This document shows positions 13,344 to 27,363 of a DNA stretch of 64,000 nucleotides, one piece after another. Each line of letters opens with the position of its first letter. Positions within the stretch are counted from its first letter, which is position 1. This stretch comes from Auanema rhodensis (Eukaryota > Animalia > Nematoda). The stretch spans positions 16,244,001 to 16,308,000 of the forward strand of contig OZ059899.1 of the NCBI GenBank assembly GCA_964057225.1, written 5' to 3'. The notes below the pieces were generated by a model. It had not been told where the DNA came from. It searched no databases and worked only from the letters and a program-made list of their open reading frames with translations. The translations under genes and the position numbers were made by a program.

Positions 13344-15440
13344 ATGCTGGGAACGTCTTCAATAGACCCCTCAGCAGCTTGGGTCCAGTCTTCAACAAGG
13401 CCCTCCCCTGTTCCTGTTAAAGCCGATACTACAAGTTCAGCTGCCATTTCTCCAATCAAGCCAATAACGTCGAATGTTGCCGAACCATTATCCAGTAAAA
13501 TTACTGAGAGTAAGATTTTATTTTTATTTGATTTAAAATATAATTTGTGTAGGCTTAAACTGTGGTGGACAACCGTCTACTAGTAAGATTGAATCACAAG
13601 AAAGCGTGGGTTGTTCGAATTCTACCATCAAGCCTTCTTCGAACATAAGCGAACCTTCGACAAGTGAAGACAAACCTTCTGGCCACGAAGATTCCCCGCT
13701 TAGTGATAGTCAATCAGCATCTAGTCCACAACCGCCTGAGGTTAGTCCTAAGCAGAGAAAGAGCGTTGAAGAAGAACCTGGACCCGTTGCTGAATCGAAT
13801 TCATCTCCAACAACTAGCAAAACTGTAACTCCTACTGGAAAGCAGGACGATTCCCCTAAAAAGGATAACTCCGAGGCCAATCAGACTGAGGAGATCGTCG
13901 AATCTAAACCTGATAGTCTTGTTGAAAAAGCTGTTGCAAACTCACCGCAAGAAATGACATTGTCCGCTGTTGCTCCTTCCCCTCGTCATAGATTCACTTT
14001 TCGAGCAAATTCTAGGCAAGCTCTTCGCTTAAAACGAATAGCTTGTTATTTACCGCATACCTTACGTCAATTAGGTAATTCCTTCATTATATTTTCTCAT
14101 TATACTAAAAACATTTCAGGTTTATCTTCTGTTCAACTTGCCAATGAGGAACCTATTTCTGTTGTTGATGTTCCCATGCTACACCCTCTCCCTGCGAAAA
14201 TTGAAGAAGTTCAACGGCGCATTGAGCCTCCTATTGAATCAATGTAAGTTATTTTAAAATGTATTGGAATAACGAAAATCATTAGTGAGCCACGAATTGT
14301 TCATGGTCCACCTGTTGGATTACCTCCCCAACCCGTTATTCAAGATGTTCCTCATACTGTTCATCCTGTTCCACAACCTCGAGCGCCTGTGAATAATAAT
14401 AGCCCTCTGTTAGTTAATTTGTTGAGGTAAATTTTTTATTATTTTAAATTAACTTACGTTTGTCTTTTTCAGTAATCAGCAACAACAACAGCAACCTCAA
14501 CCTCAACCACAACCCCAACCTCCTCCCCAACAGCAACCTCCTCCGTCTCAACATCCTCAGGTCCCTCAACCGCCTCCACAGCAAGTCCCCCCTCCTGTAA
14601 ATCAGAATGTCCAGCAAAGATCTTTCTCGCCTTTCTCATATCCCAATCACCCTAACCACCCCAACCAACAGCCCCATCCATCCCAACATTCTGCGGGTCC
14701 ACCTACTATGGATCCTCAGCAAATTGCTATGCACCAACAACAGGTTACTTTTTTTTGTTTCTTCTTTTTACATTTCATTTGCCTTTCAAGATGGATCGTC
14801 AGCGGATGATGCTTCAGCAGCAACAGACCATTGAGCACTTGCAGGTTCAAAGGGCACACCCACAAAATCCAGCTCAAGGACCAGTCGCTCATCAGAATCC
14901 TCCTACTCCAGCTGCTTCTACTCCTAATCAGCCTCCATCGTCGAATGGCCAGTATTTCCCAGTCAGTGTACAGCCTGCGAATATGAATGCTGGAGGGCCA
15001 AGAGCTGGACCTGGCGGACCTGTTCCAATGGTAAACCAAATTTAGAACTGTGTACTCATTGTATGTTTTTAGCAAAACTTTCCTCCATCACATGGACAAC
15101 ATATGTATCCACCTCATCCACGTATGGGCGCCCCTCCGAACTATCCACCTGGCGCTCAGGGGCAGGTTCCTCCGTATGGTTGTCCACCAAATCCACAAGC
15201 TGCACCAATGACTCAACCCCCAATGCCTCAACCTCCAATGCCGCAAGCTCCAATGCCTCAGCCTCCACCAATGTCTCAGCCTCCAATGCCTCAAGCAGTG
15301 GCTCCCCCTTTTGTCCCTATGCCAGAGGTAAATTTGTGTATTATTTTTTTTTAGTATTACCAATTTTAAGGAACCTCAACAACCTCCGAAGAAAAAGAGG
15401 AAACCTACCAAGAAACAGCAAAAGGAGGCTGAGCTAGCCC

Positions 15441-15474
<34 letters not shown>

Positions 15475-17305
15475 GCAACAACAGCAGCAGCAGCAACAAC
15501 AACAACAACAACAACAACAACAGCAACAACAGCAGCAGCAACAATCTCAGTTCTTGCAAGAACGAATGATGCACTCTCAACATATGCCTCCGGTATGTTC
15601 AATTTACTCTTACCAAATATTGATTTTTTTCATCTTAGAACGGCCCAATGATGGGTGGTGCTTATCCCCAAGCTGGCTATCCTATGGGCCAGGGGCCGCC
15701 AGGTCCACAATATCCCCCTAACTACGCTGGAAATCCTCATCAGCCTCAAATGTGGCAACATGGAACCATGGTGATAACTATTTTTTCTAACATATGTTTA
15801 AAATATAATGTATTCATTTCAGATGCAACAACGAATGATGTATCAACAGCAAGTTAATCAACCTTGGCCACAACGTCCTCATGTACCATATCCACAATCA
15901 GGTTAATATATTAATATTTTCTTTCATATTTTTAATTATTTAGGTCCTGGACCTGTTCATCCTAGTGGTGCTCAACGATCATCGAATGATTTTCAACAGG
16001 ATGGAACATCACCCAATCAGCAGTTTCCAGGGCAACAAGTTCCCGGAATGAATGTAAGTTTATAATGCTTTGAGGAAGACGTTAAAATATTTGTTTAAAG
16101 GCTGGAAGATATATAAGAAACGATGCTAACTTGTATGATTTTGGAAGCAATGATAATCCTGTTGACAAACTTTGGCATTCCCAAGATGATCACTTAGGTA
16201 ATTCAAATTATTCACCGCTTAGTAACTTTTTACACTTTAGGTGATCTAGATGATATAGAACCTATGAATGAGTTGAGTGGTAGTGGTAGTTTGTTAACGG
16301 ATTCTCAACTCATCGACGGTTCTGGTGCTCCTATCAATGGTGATAACAAATCTCAACCTTCTAACACTCCTAATGGTGATCGCATAGGTATGAAAAAACT
16401 TGTAGAGCCCTAAAACGGCTGTACTTATAGATTCTTCTATAGCTTCTGTGGTGGAAATGGTATCTAGGAATAGTGCTGCACCTGCTCCTTCTCCTAATCC
16501 TGTTGTTTCTCAAGCTCCCCCCGGCTCTCAGTCGCATGGGCTAAAGAGACGCGTGAGCGGAACTCCTGTTAATATGAATGATCAACACAACTTTCAAAAC
16601 GGTAGGTTTTTATTTTCTAATGTCTTTTGAATTTATTTTTAAGATCCCTCGCGTAATTTACATATGATGCCTCCTTCAGTAAGTGGAACGCAGCCTAATT
16701 TTGCTCAACCTCATGCTGCTGATCCGAACCGTGGTCAAATGATGCAGAGGGCTCGTACCCAGGAAAATGGTGGTAACCGGCCAGGAAACGGTCACGAACA
16801 AGTAGTTATAGTTTCACGTGTTTTTTAGTTCTTAAACTATTCTAGAATGGGATCAGACGCCCTTCATCCAATTCTGAAGATGGGTCTGAAGAACGGATAG
16901 GTCAATTAGTTAGAACATTGTTGGCAGATGAAGCCAAGAAAAAAGACTTAGAAAATAAAGTAGTTTGTTTGTCACTTGCTTGATTCAACTGTTCTTGATT
17001 TTTAGGCTAAACAGCAACGAAAAGGTCGTAAGAAAGCAGAAGTCAGCAAGGAGAGCAGTCCACAAGAGACTGAATTCTACGATCGTACGTCTTAGCTTTA
17101 TTGTTTGTAACGTCGTATACGTTTGTGTCCTATTAGCGAGAATTTAGTTAATCGCGCTATGGATTATTCCATTAATAATGCGGGAGCAAATTTTCACCAA
17201 ACCCTTGCAAGGCCGCAACATCTAGTCAAACAACAACATGTTCAGGTACTATTCAAATATCAGAATCGCCTTACATTTGAACCTGATTTGCAGCCAAAGC
17301 AATAA
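13344..17305 (+). CDS. Large Gln/Pro-rich prion-like low-complexity protein; possible pqn-20 orthologue
   Basis: More than 15 short-intron exons with Ser-rich, polyQ and PPM/QPP segments, an NSPLLVNLL (LxxLL) motif and a basic KPPKKKRKPTKK-like stretch. Identity is suggested only by recalled gene neighbourhood. Confidence 0.75.
15440..15544 (+). repeat. Coding CAA/CAG trinucleotide repeat (polyQ, about 35 codons)
   Basis: Direct read of the (caa)n/(cag)n tract. Confidence 0.95.
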
Positions 17306-18567
17306 TGCGTGTCTATCTCACTATTAGCGGCCGGTCCGCTTGCTCAATTCTTTTCTTGTCTCTTCACTACCAACATTTGATGTCTGTAAAAGGTGCTATT
17401 TCATCGCTCTCTCCATATAAGGGTTTTCTAGTCACAGTTATGCTGCTTATATCATTTTAAAAATATATGTTGAATGTTCTCGTATATGATTGATCCTCTA
17501 CTATGATACCCAATACTTTTGTTTTAATTCCCGGTCTTTCTCATCTCTGCCTCCTTAATTTATTTTTACAGTCCCTGTTATAGCAGATTGGGAGGAGACC
17601 GCGCTTGTTGTTCTCGTGGTTGACAGTGATATATGTAGATTTGTATGCTTGTATTGTCCCTGACATAGATTGTTATTTTAGCTTCTTATATGACACTAAG
17701 ATAATCCGTTCATTGCCTTCATCGCTTCCGTCAGGTTTTGCTCATTAAACAAAAGAAGCAAAAGTGATACTTGAAAGTAATTTATATGAAACTAGTCGAA
17801 TAGGCGAAAAAAACGTGGTTTTACAACATTGGTTGAATATGTTTATTTAATGCTTGAGGATCTCTAAGATGTTAAATTGTTAACTGGTAGTTTTGTCTCA
17901 TAATGGACTTTTTTGAACGGGGAGCGACTAACTTAGCAGTAAACACTAATCAACCTGTAAGCAGTTTTTGTAAAATCTAGTAGGGTCCTTCCCATAGTCT
18001 CTGCTTATTTGTAGAAACCGCATTTATTTTCGCCTTGTTATCCAACCCGTTTTCCCTGAGTGTGGACTGTATTAATTTCATTTGCAAAGGTTGTTTTTAT
18101 GATTTCATACCTAACCTGAGAATCTACATTGCTCAACTGAAACCACGAAACCCTAAAGTGTCACGTCTTTTAATTTCTCCATGTTAATGTTTTTATTTAC
18201 CAAATGTGTTTGAGCTCCAAATAAGCAACTTCCAATGCCTTTCTCTTCACTTGTTTATATGAGCGATTCAATGGCATTGCCTTATTTTGGACCATAGGTT
18301 ATAGGGTCCAACGATCTCTTGCTCTATTATAAACTCCTAAAAGTTTGCCTTGTGTTCTACATATATAAATATATTATATGTTATAGTTCATATATAGTTA
18401 GGTTGAGAAATAAATACTTGGATGTTTTACATTATCTACGATTTATTGTTTTTAATTGTTGTATTAAATTATTACTGGCACCGGTATTTGACTGCCCCTT
18501 AAAGGTCTTACGTTTTAAGATATTAAATATTAAACTTTAGCTCAATGTAGTTTGCGTAGAGGTCTGA

Positions 18568-21500
18568 TCATGGATCTGAAAGTAGCAATATGATATTAGG
18601 TGACTTATGAAAACATTGAAACCCTGATGTAATTTCGCCGACTTTCACATCATCCTCTATATGATGAACATTTTGAATTTTCTAAAGAAAAAACAAAATA
18701 TGTAGAAGTTAGAATATGCTTACTGTTGATGGAGTATGCGGATCATCTGCTGCATATGCAATTCCATAACATTGATCGACGGCAAAATAGTCTACTTCAG
18801 TCATGTTCTCTTTAACTATAGCATTCGGAGCTGTGAAATGAGAAGCATCATTCAAGATGCAATTTAAATTCTCCTGGAAAAAAAGTCTAACAACGTATAT
18901 ACAAAACCTTTACCTCAAAATAATACACGAAGGACAAACAACGATACCCTGCTGAAGTTTCTGCGCTGATACAGAGTGCTATACATTCTTCAACGGATTC
19001 TGTAGCGTATGCATCCCGAATGTAGCCTATAATCACCATTTGTTCTTTTCGAACAACAATTCCTCCAGAGCAGGCATCGGCAACAGAGGCTATAAATAGT
19101 TGGCATTGGATATTTTCAACAGTCTGCCAATTGATTGTAGGATGATCCCCGTTTTTCTTATCCGCTCATATACTTACCATCTACGCACGTCTTCTCGTAA
19201 TAAATAGACCCGCCACGTGGACGCAACAGATGACGAGTAATGTCCGATGTCAGCTGACAGTCGCGGGTGTGCTTACGATAACTGGCTGAGACACAGTCGA
19301 AAGGTAGTCTATCATCGACCTGTATAAGTTGGACTTATGGTTTTGAATTTAAACCGCGAAAAGAAAAAAAGGAGTACAAAAATCGAATGATATATTTTGC
19401 ACAATTTATTTCAACCACCTTATTGGTTAGACACGCCGATACACAGTCATCTTCACTCGATTGTATTACAACAGTTCTTCCTATACCAACTGTTTCTTCA
19501 ACATCTGATGATCTAACGAACAAAGGGGCTGTGCCCTGACCGCATTCCCCTGAAAAGCATAGTACTAATGTCTGTACAATACACCTTTTTACCTTTTAGA
19601 GAAGGGATTTGTGGAAGCACAGTTGTACTAGGTTTGAATTTGTTCTCATGAGCATTGTTCCTAAAATGGCACCACAACAGTATAATATATTGCATATATT
19701 GAGAGCTTACAAAGATCCTTCAGTGCCATAAGGGTTCGAAAGTGCAGCAAAAGCTTTGGCTAAAGTACAGTTTTAAATAAAAATTCTTATATAAAGAACT
19801 TTACCTCTTTGACGATTTGTTTTAATATTAGCTATAGTAGGTTTGTAATTCAAAGGCTCAGGTTGAATAATGGATCCAGGATGAAGCAGATAATCATGTC
19901 CAAATAGCAATGGATTTGATAGAGTTACGGTCACCTATTAAATATTCTAACATAAATAATATTACTGTAAGAAGTTTACCTCTCTATCTTTAACATGTGA
20001 TATTCGTCGCTCAACAGTTTTACCATCTTTCTGTAATACTTTAGTTTCTGTCTTCAATTCGATATCGGGACTTGATACGGCCCATTCTCCAAAGTCCAGT
20101 TTATTCCCATCTGACAATATCTGAAAATAAATGAGTATATAAATTAAAGCTAGAATGCAACATTCCCAAATCGCGTCAAGAAAGAATATTTGAATAAACG
20201 TAAAGCCGCACAACCATATCAATCAATAATAGTGAAAAAGTCAGTATAGTTATTTGGATAATATGCTAACAGATGATATTCTCACCTTGGATCCAAAAAG
20301 TTGTGGTTTAGTAGTATCCGTTGTACCTTCCTGTTCTTCATTTTTCATTTTCATTAACTCTACTTCAATGGCAAACGGGTTTGCCTACAAGTATGAGATA
20401 AGTAACATTGAAGTTAAAAATTGAAAAGATACAAGTTTATTATGTGTTGAATCTCCTTGTTGAAGTATATGACCTGATTGAATTTCACCTTCTATCCTGT
20501 TATCTTCATAATACTTGGTTCCCCATACTTCTATGTGACCTGAGAGAACATGATAAGAAGGTGCTAATTTTAGGGGATTATCGAAACCTTTCGTTTGAGA
20601 ATTTTTAATTCGATTTTCGTCAATTCGATCTGACAACATCTTGTTTATACTGGTAGGTTCAAGTTTCATGTAATTTTGACCCAGAAACTGCGACTCTGCT
20701 AATCTGAAGATGAGTTTCAACAGTTTTGTCATGCCGTGAAATATACAGACCCCATTTTCCCAGATGTATTCAAATCCGATTCACTTTTCGGCCTGGGATT
20801 TGAAAAATCCGAGGAACTCCTTGAATATGCTTTTCATATAAGGAAAGATTATAATAGAAATCGTTACCCTACTGCCGGTCGTGTAAATGTCTCCGGATTT
20901 TCCAAATTTGCCATTGTGTCAGTTGACATCTTGCTAGGAAATGTAGAAGTTTCATAAGGATCGATCGCAGATTCAAGGAAGTTTATTAAATTCTCCGTCA
21001 CAGTGAACGGTTCCTTCGTGGTCATCTGAAAAATATAATTACCTTCTAATTCCCTCATTCTCAAGTTCTACCTCTTCGTCTTGCCTCGTATCCATTATAG
21101 ATTTGTCGCTCAAAATCCGTCCAGTCGGCTAAACTTACTATTTATACTTCAACAACGTTTAAAAAAACATACAGCTAAACGGATATCCGGATATTCTTCA
21201 TTATAATCTAAGACATTGAATAGAGTATGATTCAGTGAATCATACTTCTCGCTAAAATTATCGCCTCTTTCACGGGTTTTTTGTGGTTTAGCAAAAACCT
21301 GACGTAGTTCTAATATCATATTGAATTTAAAACATACTTACCTTAAGTTCTGTATGTTTTTTCATAGATTCTTGCAAATTACTGTAATGTGTTAAATAGT
21401 AACAATAAGCAATTATTAGATACCTGTTCGAGGAGTGCTCTTTAGAAAACATCGGAAGATTATTCAATAATGGATTTGAACTCAAAAAAAAATCAACAGG

Positions 21501-21851
21501 TTCTATAATATTTCATTTCAACACGTGCAGTTATACATGATTACCTTGGGCTACTTGAGCAACATCTTGGACTGAGAACTTTTTTACTCGTTCATAAAAG
21601 TCTGAAAAGTAGTGAATAATGAGTGCAACTGTCGTTTGGTTGAAACGTAATAATATGCAGAACTGTGTTTTTAGAACAGTAAGATGTAGAATGCTGTATT
21701 TTCCGTATAACAGGGCCCAAATTTGAAAAGAAATACCAATTGAAGACAAACCTTTTGCATTTTCTCCTTCTCGGGCTTGGTTAATTATAACTGCTCTAGA
21801 CGATGAAAACAAGATACATAATACTAATACAATATTTACTGATAAACACAT
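18568..21851 (-). CDS. Secreted protein with two C-terminal PAN/apple domains
   Basis: Signal peptide MCLSVNIVLVLCILFSSSRA after a TTTCAG acceptor. C-terminal repeats SEDDCVSACL…FDCVSASY…DCQL and SVEECIALC…YRCLSFVY…NCILN match PAN_1 Cys spacing. It could be two genes. Confidence 0.7.
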
Positions 21852-22796
21852 TCTGAAACAGATTTGGATACGATACAATGATATTATAAATTCGGAAAGA
21901 AAACCAGAGATGTTGGTTGTAGAGGCAAAGATATACAAAATATGATGAAATAGCCCCGTTATTACCCTTTCCTCGTAACGTATTCAGAACATTTTTTTCT
22001 CACAAGACAGCCATTTCTCAATCATTGTAACATGAATGAATACAATGATATAAATTTTCTAAGTAGGTCTAAGGAAATAAGATTCAGTAACACAATAGTA
22101 CAGATAAACGTGAGTTGTCTAACATCAGTGATACACAACACTTTTTAAAACTATGTTATGATGAACATATACAAACTTTGTAAATAGTGATATAAGGTTA
22201 AAAGATACTTCGAAGTATTTCTTAACATATTTAACAACTAAGAAGTGAAAATATGCAGAGCAGTAGTATCTCTAATATAAAAAGGAAAAGTTAGGTCAAG
22301 AAGAAAGGGAAGGGCTTACAGTAATAGACTGGTATTAACCCAGTTTGGAAGGACTCACCGCGGATTGAGGATAGGGAAGTCAGGTAATAATAGACCCTTC
22401 AAACTTGATACATTTTTCATCTCATTTTCAATTCATAATTTTGTTATAGAATTACTGTTATGAAGATATGCTAGTCTTCCTTAACATTTCGAGAGAGGAA
22501 AACTGTAAAGTTTGTTCTAAATAGATTCTTTATCATTTATTCTTTTTCTATATCTAATAGGAAAAAATTAATTATAACAAAATATTGAAATTAGTAGAAA
22601 ATACACAGAATTGATGAAGAAACGGGATAAACGTGTAACAGTTTCACAATGTTCGTTATTGTAATCAATAACCGTAATTTGTTTACATTTTCAGGTTCAA
22701 GCAGTTTATCGGGTTTAATTAGTATCTTAATTTAGGATTATATAAAAAAACAGCTTTATTATCTAGATATACATGAACAAAAGTTTCTTTTTGAAA

Positions 22797-24586
22797 TTAT
22801 CTAGATCGCTTTTGGCTTTTTTTTTGTTTGAAATCGAACCTAAATACATCTGATTCATAATGCTAAAAGGCTGAAGCAAAACCTCAAATGTGAATACTTT
22901 CCGTAACAGATGGCTATCATATTTTCAAGTTCTTCCACATCACGTTTACCGAGAGAAGGTAATAGAAATGGTTCTTCCTTATGAAAACGTTGATGATGTC
23001 TTCTAAGCTAAACAAAAAAAGAGGTCAGTTTAACAATAGGATCAATTACCGAATATTTTGTATAAAATTTCCTCGAACAAAACTGGCATTCTCTTTTAGG
23101 TTCATCCAAATGTAAACGCACATGTTCTCTCAGAACGCTTGTACCATTTCTTACAGAATAAACCATTTTCTTTTTGCAAGTCTGAAAAAACAGAAACCTA
23201 GTTGATAAGTATAAAATTAAATAACTGGATAAGCACAACGAATAATAATTCGTGAATTTGAATTAGATTTTTCATTATTTACTACCATTTCCCTAGAAGT
23301 AATAAATGAGTGTTAGAAGAATATATAAAATTGAAAATTAAATGTTTACTCCTCTTGCAAGTTGTTCGAATCTTGATGCTTCTCAACTTCTCTGTCTTCT
23401 AATTCATCACCGGTTTCGCTACTGTTTGTCTCCTTTAGAATCATTTTAATAAAAGTTATGTAGTTGAAGTAATACCTCCATTTGTTCAGAAAGTGAAGAT
23501 GAACTTGCAGATGTTTCTTTAAGTTCCTCATTAACAGAACTGAAGCTGCTAATATATTTGGGAAAGTTCAAATTTCAGTTAACAAACCAGATAGTTCCAG
23601 CTTTAACCGGTTCAGCGCATTTTTTAGTATTTAGATTATTACATTCTTCGTCAGGATTTTCATTTAATAGACTTCTAAAATTAAAAAAAATTATATTAGA
23701 ATCATCATCGACTAAACATACTGATCATCTATACAGGAACTACTATGTACATCTGTTTCTAAAATAAATAAATAAAGCTTCTCCTAGACAGAATAAAACA
23801 TACGTGATGATACGCAAGATTGAAATGAAACATCTAAATTTTTATCCAAAAACTCAGTTGTTTCTAGATCACTAGAAACTTTTGAATTTTAAAATGAAAT
23901 TTGATTTCTTATTACCAAATATAATCTCCAGCCGAGGAATCCATTCCATTTTCAAGTGATTTTCCCAAGTCAAAATTACTAATTTGAATTGTGTCTGTGA
24001 ATAAAGAACAGTCTATTAGACCTTTTGTAGATGAGTGGGGAATTTTCATATTCGATCCAGCAATCTGCTTTTCATCTTGTTCTATGCGTGAGACTATGTT
24101 CTTCATAATATCCTTAACTGTGTCTTGAGAATGATTTCTTGACATGTAGTAACTTTCTTTATTTTCAGCGATTCTTAGATCGTTGTCTGATAACAGGAAT
24201 TAAAAGTTTTCAAAAATTCCCACTAACTATTTCGAACGAAGCTAATGTCAAATCGAGGAGCATGGTGCGGACTATACAATGGCGTTGAGCATTGCCAGCT
24301 TTTTGTGTTTTGAGGTGACAGTCTATTCTCGATAGGAGTATTGATCCCACTAAAGCTAGATTGATCGAAATGCTCATGATAGACTTTCGAATAATTATGA
24401 TTTTGATTGTGTGGAATTTCCAGAATCACAAAGTTGTAAATACCATTTGATTTCTAAATAAAATATAATATTTAGTTCAATATATAATTTTACCAAAACT
24501 TGATCGAGTGATATATTATTTTCAACTATATCATCAATGGCGTCACCAAATATGTTTATTTGAATATGAAAATCGTGACACTTCAT
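22797..24586 (-). CDS. Two-finger C2H2 protein with HIM-8/ZIM-like C-terminus (paralogue A)
   Basis: Spliced: CAYPTCKKKMVYSVRNGTSVLREHVRLH-x-CQFCSRKFYTKYSLRRHHQRFH…MIAICYGKY; an N-terminal S-T-P motif (WQCSTPL). Confidence 0.7.
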
Positions 24587-24986
24587 TGAACCTGAAATGC
24601 TTAAACTTCGAGAAAATTAAATTAAATAACAAGCATGTTTCAGATTAATTCAATTTTTTCCGTTGTGGGACCTTAAATTTAAATTTCCAGCGCTTCAGCT
24701 TCAGCTGAGCTACTCAACAAAGAGATCATCAACTATCCAGGCCTGATATTAAGCTCAAAGTATTTTAAAAATTAAAAACAGATTTCAATATATATATATA
24801 TATTAATAAATATTATGAATTATAATATAATTTAACTTTATTACTATATTTTGAATTTTAAATTTACACGTAAAGTATTGAAATTACAAAAGCAGTAAAC
24901 ATGTAATTATGAAATTTTCATAATAAAATCAATAAATTTGTCAAATTATTTATATGAAATACAAGTAATTTTAATAGATAATATAT

Positions 24987-25600
24987 TAATTATTTTTTTT
25001 AGTAAAAATATCATCTTCATCTTCTTCAATATCGCTGCCGAAATCACTGTCAAAATCAATGCCATCAAAGGCGGAATCGTCATCAGAATCCTGATCACTG
25101 ATCTAGCATGCTCTCTAAACAAAAAGATACCGACGGTTCATTTTTTAGAACCAATTATTCGATTTGTCCCTTTTCAACGATTGACTCATTGCTTCGCAAG
25201 TTTGAGTAGGAATAATATGGTCATATGTGCTATCACTTATGAACTGAGAAAGAGGACAATAGGGAACTTCCATAATAACAAAATCAAAAACTCCAACGGA
25301 CTTCTAAATGGAAAAGGATGTTTCAATCAAAGATTACGATGTTACCAGTATATATTCTAAAGATATACCATTCCTCTTGATTTTGTTTATTGATTCGCCG
25401 AATATATTTATTTGGATATGGTAATTCCCAAAAGTCATTGTAGTGAAGAAAACTCCAGGAAGAACAATAAAAAAATCAAATCCAGGTAGAAGCTTAAATA
25501 GCTCAAATCACTTATGTTATGTTAATTTGTTTCGCTGCGGGACCATATACGCAGATTTGAATTGGCTTCAATCTCTTACCAACTACCTGTAACCAATTAT
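24987..25600 (-). pseudogene. Disrupted coding remnant with acidic C-terminus
   Basis: Minus strand ends SDQDSDDDSAFDGIDFDSDFGSDIEEDEDDIFTKKNN*; upstream frames are broken by stops. No family recognised. Confidence 0.35.
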
Positions 25601-25746
25601 CCAAATTTCAATCGGATTTATCAAGAATTTCAAAAATTATTTTTAACAAATGAAATCAGTAAAGTAATTGAGGTAATCTACATGAAAAGAGATTAGAAAT
25701 ATAAATATCTTTATTACGGGATTACTAGCACAGGGATAGCTTGTGT

Positions 25747-26090
25747 GTGTGTGCCCGGTGAATGTTCCTTTTTCTCAAAAATCATCAACTAAAATCAAAA
25801 ATAGATAATCCGAGAAAAGGTATTCAGATGTGTAGAATTTGAAATTCCGGGTTAAATTTGGCTGTGACTTCTTACTTTTCCGGAAAAACGGTTTATATCG
25901 AGATCGTCCGCAAGATTTGTTCACAAAAAAGTTCAGGCTGTGGGCACTGTGTTTCCGGTGAATGTTCCTTTTTCTCAAAAAATATCAACTAAAATCAGAT
26001 AAAGATGATCCGAGGTTGGGTATTCAGATGTGTAGAATCTGAAATTCCGGGTTAAATTTGGCTGTGACTTTTCATTTTTCCGGAAAAAAC
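25747..26090 (+). repeat. 200-bp satellite, about 1.7 diverged monomers (left edge of island)
   Basis: gtgcccggtgaatgttcc…attcagatgtgtagaa…ccggaaaaac, the same unit as the main array. Confidence 0.95.
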
Positions 26091-26290
26091 ACGGCCCACG
26101 CACGTGAGATGTCACGTAAATTCAGCCGAGTTGTCTAAAAATATTTCTAAAAATGATTATAAAATATTTCCATTTAAAACCAATTTCTCATATTTTGTTT
26201 GTTTTTGAGAAAAATCGTGAATTGTTTTTCTTTTTCGTGTTATTCATGAAACATTCCCAACCATTAAAAGGCTCATCTTTATTAGAATAT

Positions 26291-26744
26291 TTATTTTATT
26301 AAAATCAGGAAGTTGTACTTCTTAAGATCGCAAAATTTACAAATTTTCGCTTTCCGGCATTCGCCTTTATGTTTATTCAAGCAGGATAAACATATTTTCA
26401 TGGAGACAGCTCTGGTAAATTTTGAGATTTTGGAGAGATGGTTTGGACATTTTTCGGTAATGTGATTGTCGAAACATATTTTACATTTGAACTTCATCGG
26501 TTTCATAGTTTCAGTTTTCTCTTTAGTATTAAACTAAATATTTGATTGTTGAGTTATATTTATATACCTTTTCATCATCTTTCATTTTTTGAAGTAGTTC
26601 ACTGATGTGAACAATACTTTTCTCAAGGAAAACGAGTCTCTTGTTAAAAGCTTCAAGTTCTTCTTCCGATTTCTCTGTTGAAGACACTTTCGTTTCTTCT
26701 GCCTATAATACTTCATATTCATCTAGTATCTCTTGTTGTGACAT
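26291..26744 (-). pseudogene. Coiled-coil plus BEL/Pao Gag-type zinc-knuckle gene with a 34-nt intron and an in-frame TAG
   Basis: MSQQEILDEYEVL*AEE…KMKDDEK | intron 26534-26567 | …CKICFDNHITEKC…ICLSCLNKHKGEC…CKFC. Stop at 26703-26705. Confidence 0.65.
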
Positions 26745-27363
26745 TGTAGAGAATGAATTCATCACATGAACTGAGGCTTTATATACTCTTTTCGTTTACA
26801 TGATTTTCACGTAAGTCTTTCAACGTAACGTGAATCCTTCCGTCGGAAGAAAACGACAAGAATTGATTTTGCGATTAATTAATTTTCTATTAGATCATGA
26901 TATTTAATTTTTTTAATTTTTTTATTCACTTATTTGTTTATTTATCTTTTTTTTTATTTTTTCTATTGTACTCATTTATAATTTAATAACTCAATTTTAT
27001 CGAGATATAATAATTAAAAATATTTTTTATAATCAACTTTCTTATTATTTCTGAGTCTATTTTTCCATATTTCATTACCTGCATCAACCTTACTTGAAAT
27101 ATGTACGTTCTCATTATTATACAACAGTGGTTGTTTGGAGGGTATTTCATTTGTTTCAGAATCAGTCCAATTTTCGGATATTTAAAAAAGGTATTAGCTG
27201 GTTTATGGATCTCAGGAATCTTTTACCCTCAGAATTTCTAATTTTCACTGTTCTAATGTTGCCATATTTAGAAACAATAAGTTCTTCTATTAGGGTCACA
27301 TGTCTTATTCACTTTTCGTATTTTATTACGAAAAAAAAAAGTTAAATTTCTCAGTTGTCCACC

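Noticed and set aside
15056-15602. Antisense ORFs with poly-Val/Ala and RHW repeats
   Set aside because: Shadows of the Gln/Pro-rich coding strand.
24938-25360. 140-aa plus-strand ORF
   Set aside because: TTG start, Ile/Phe-rich AT-biased composition, and antisense to the acidic coding remnant.
25714-25728. Helitron 3' end (ACGGG…CTAG) before the first satellite
   Set aside because: No GC-rich hairpin, the next base is not T, and no Rep/helicase is present.
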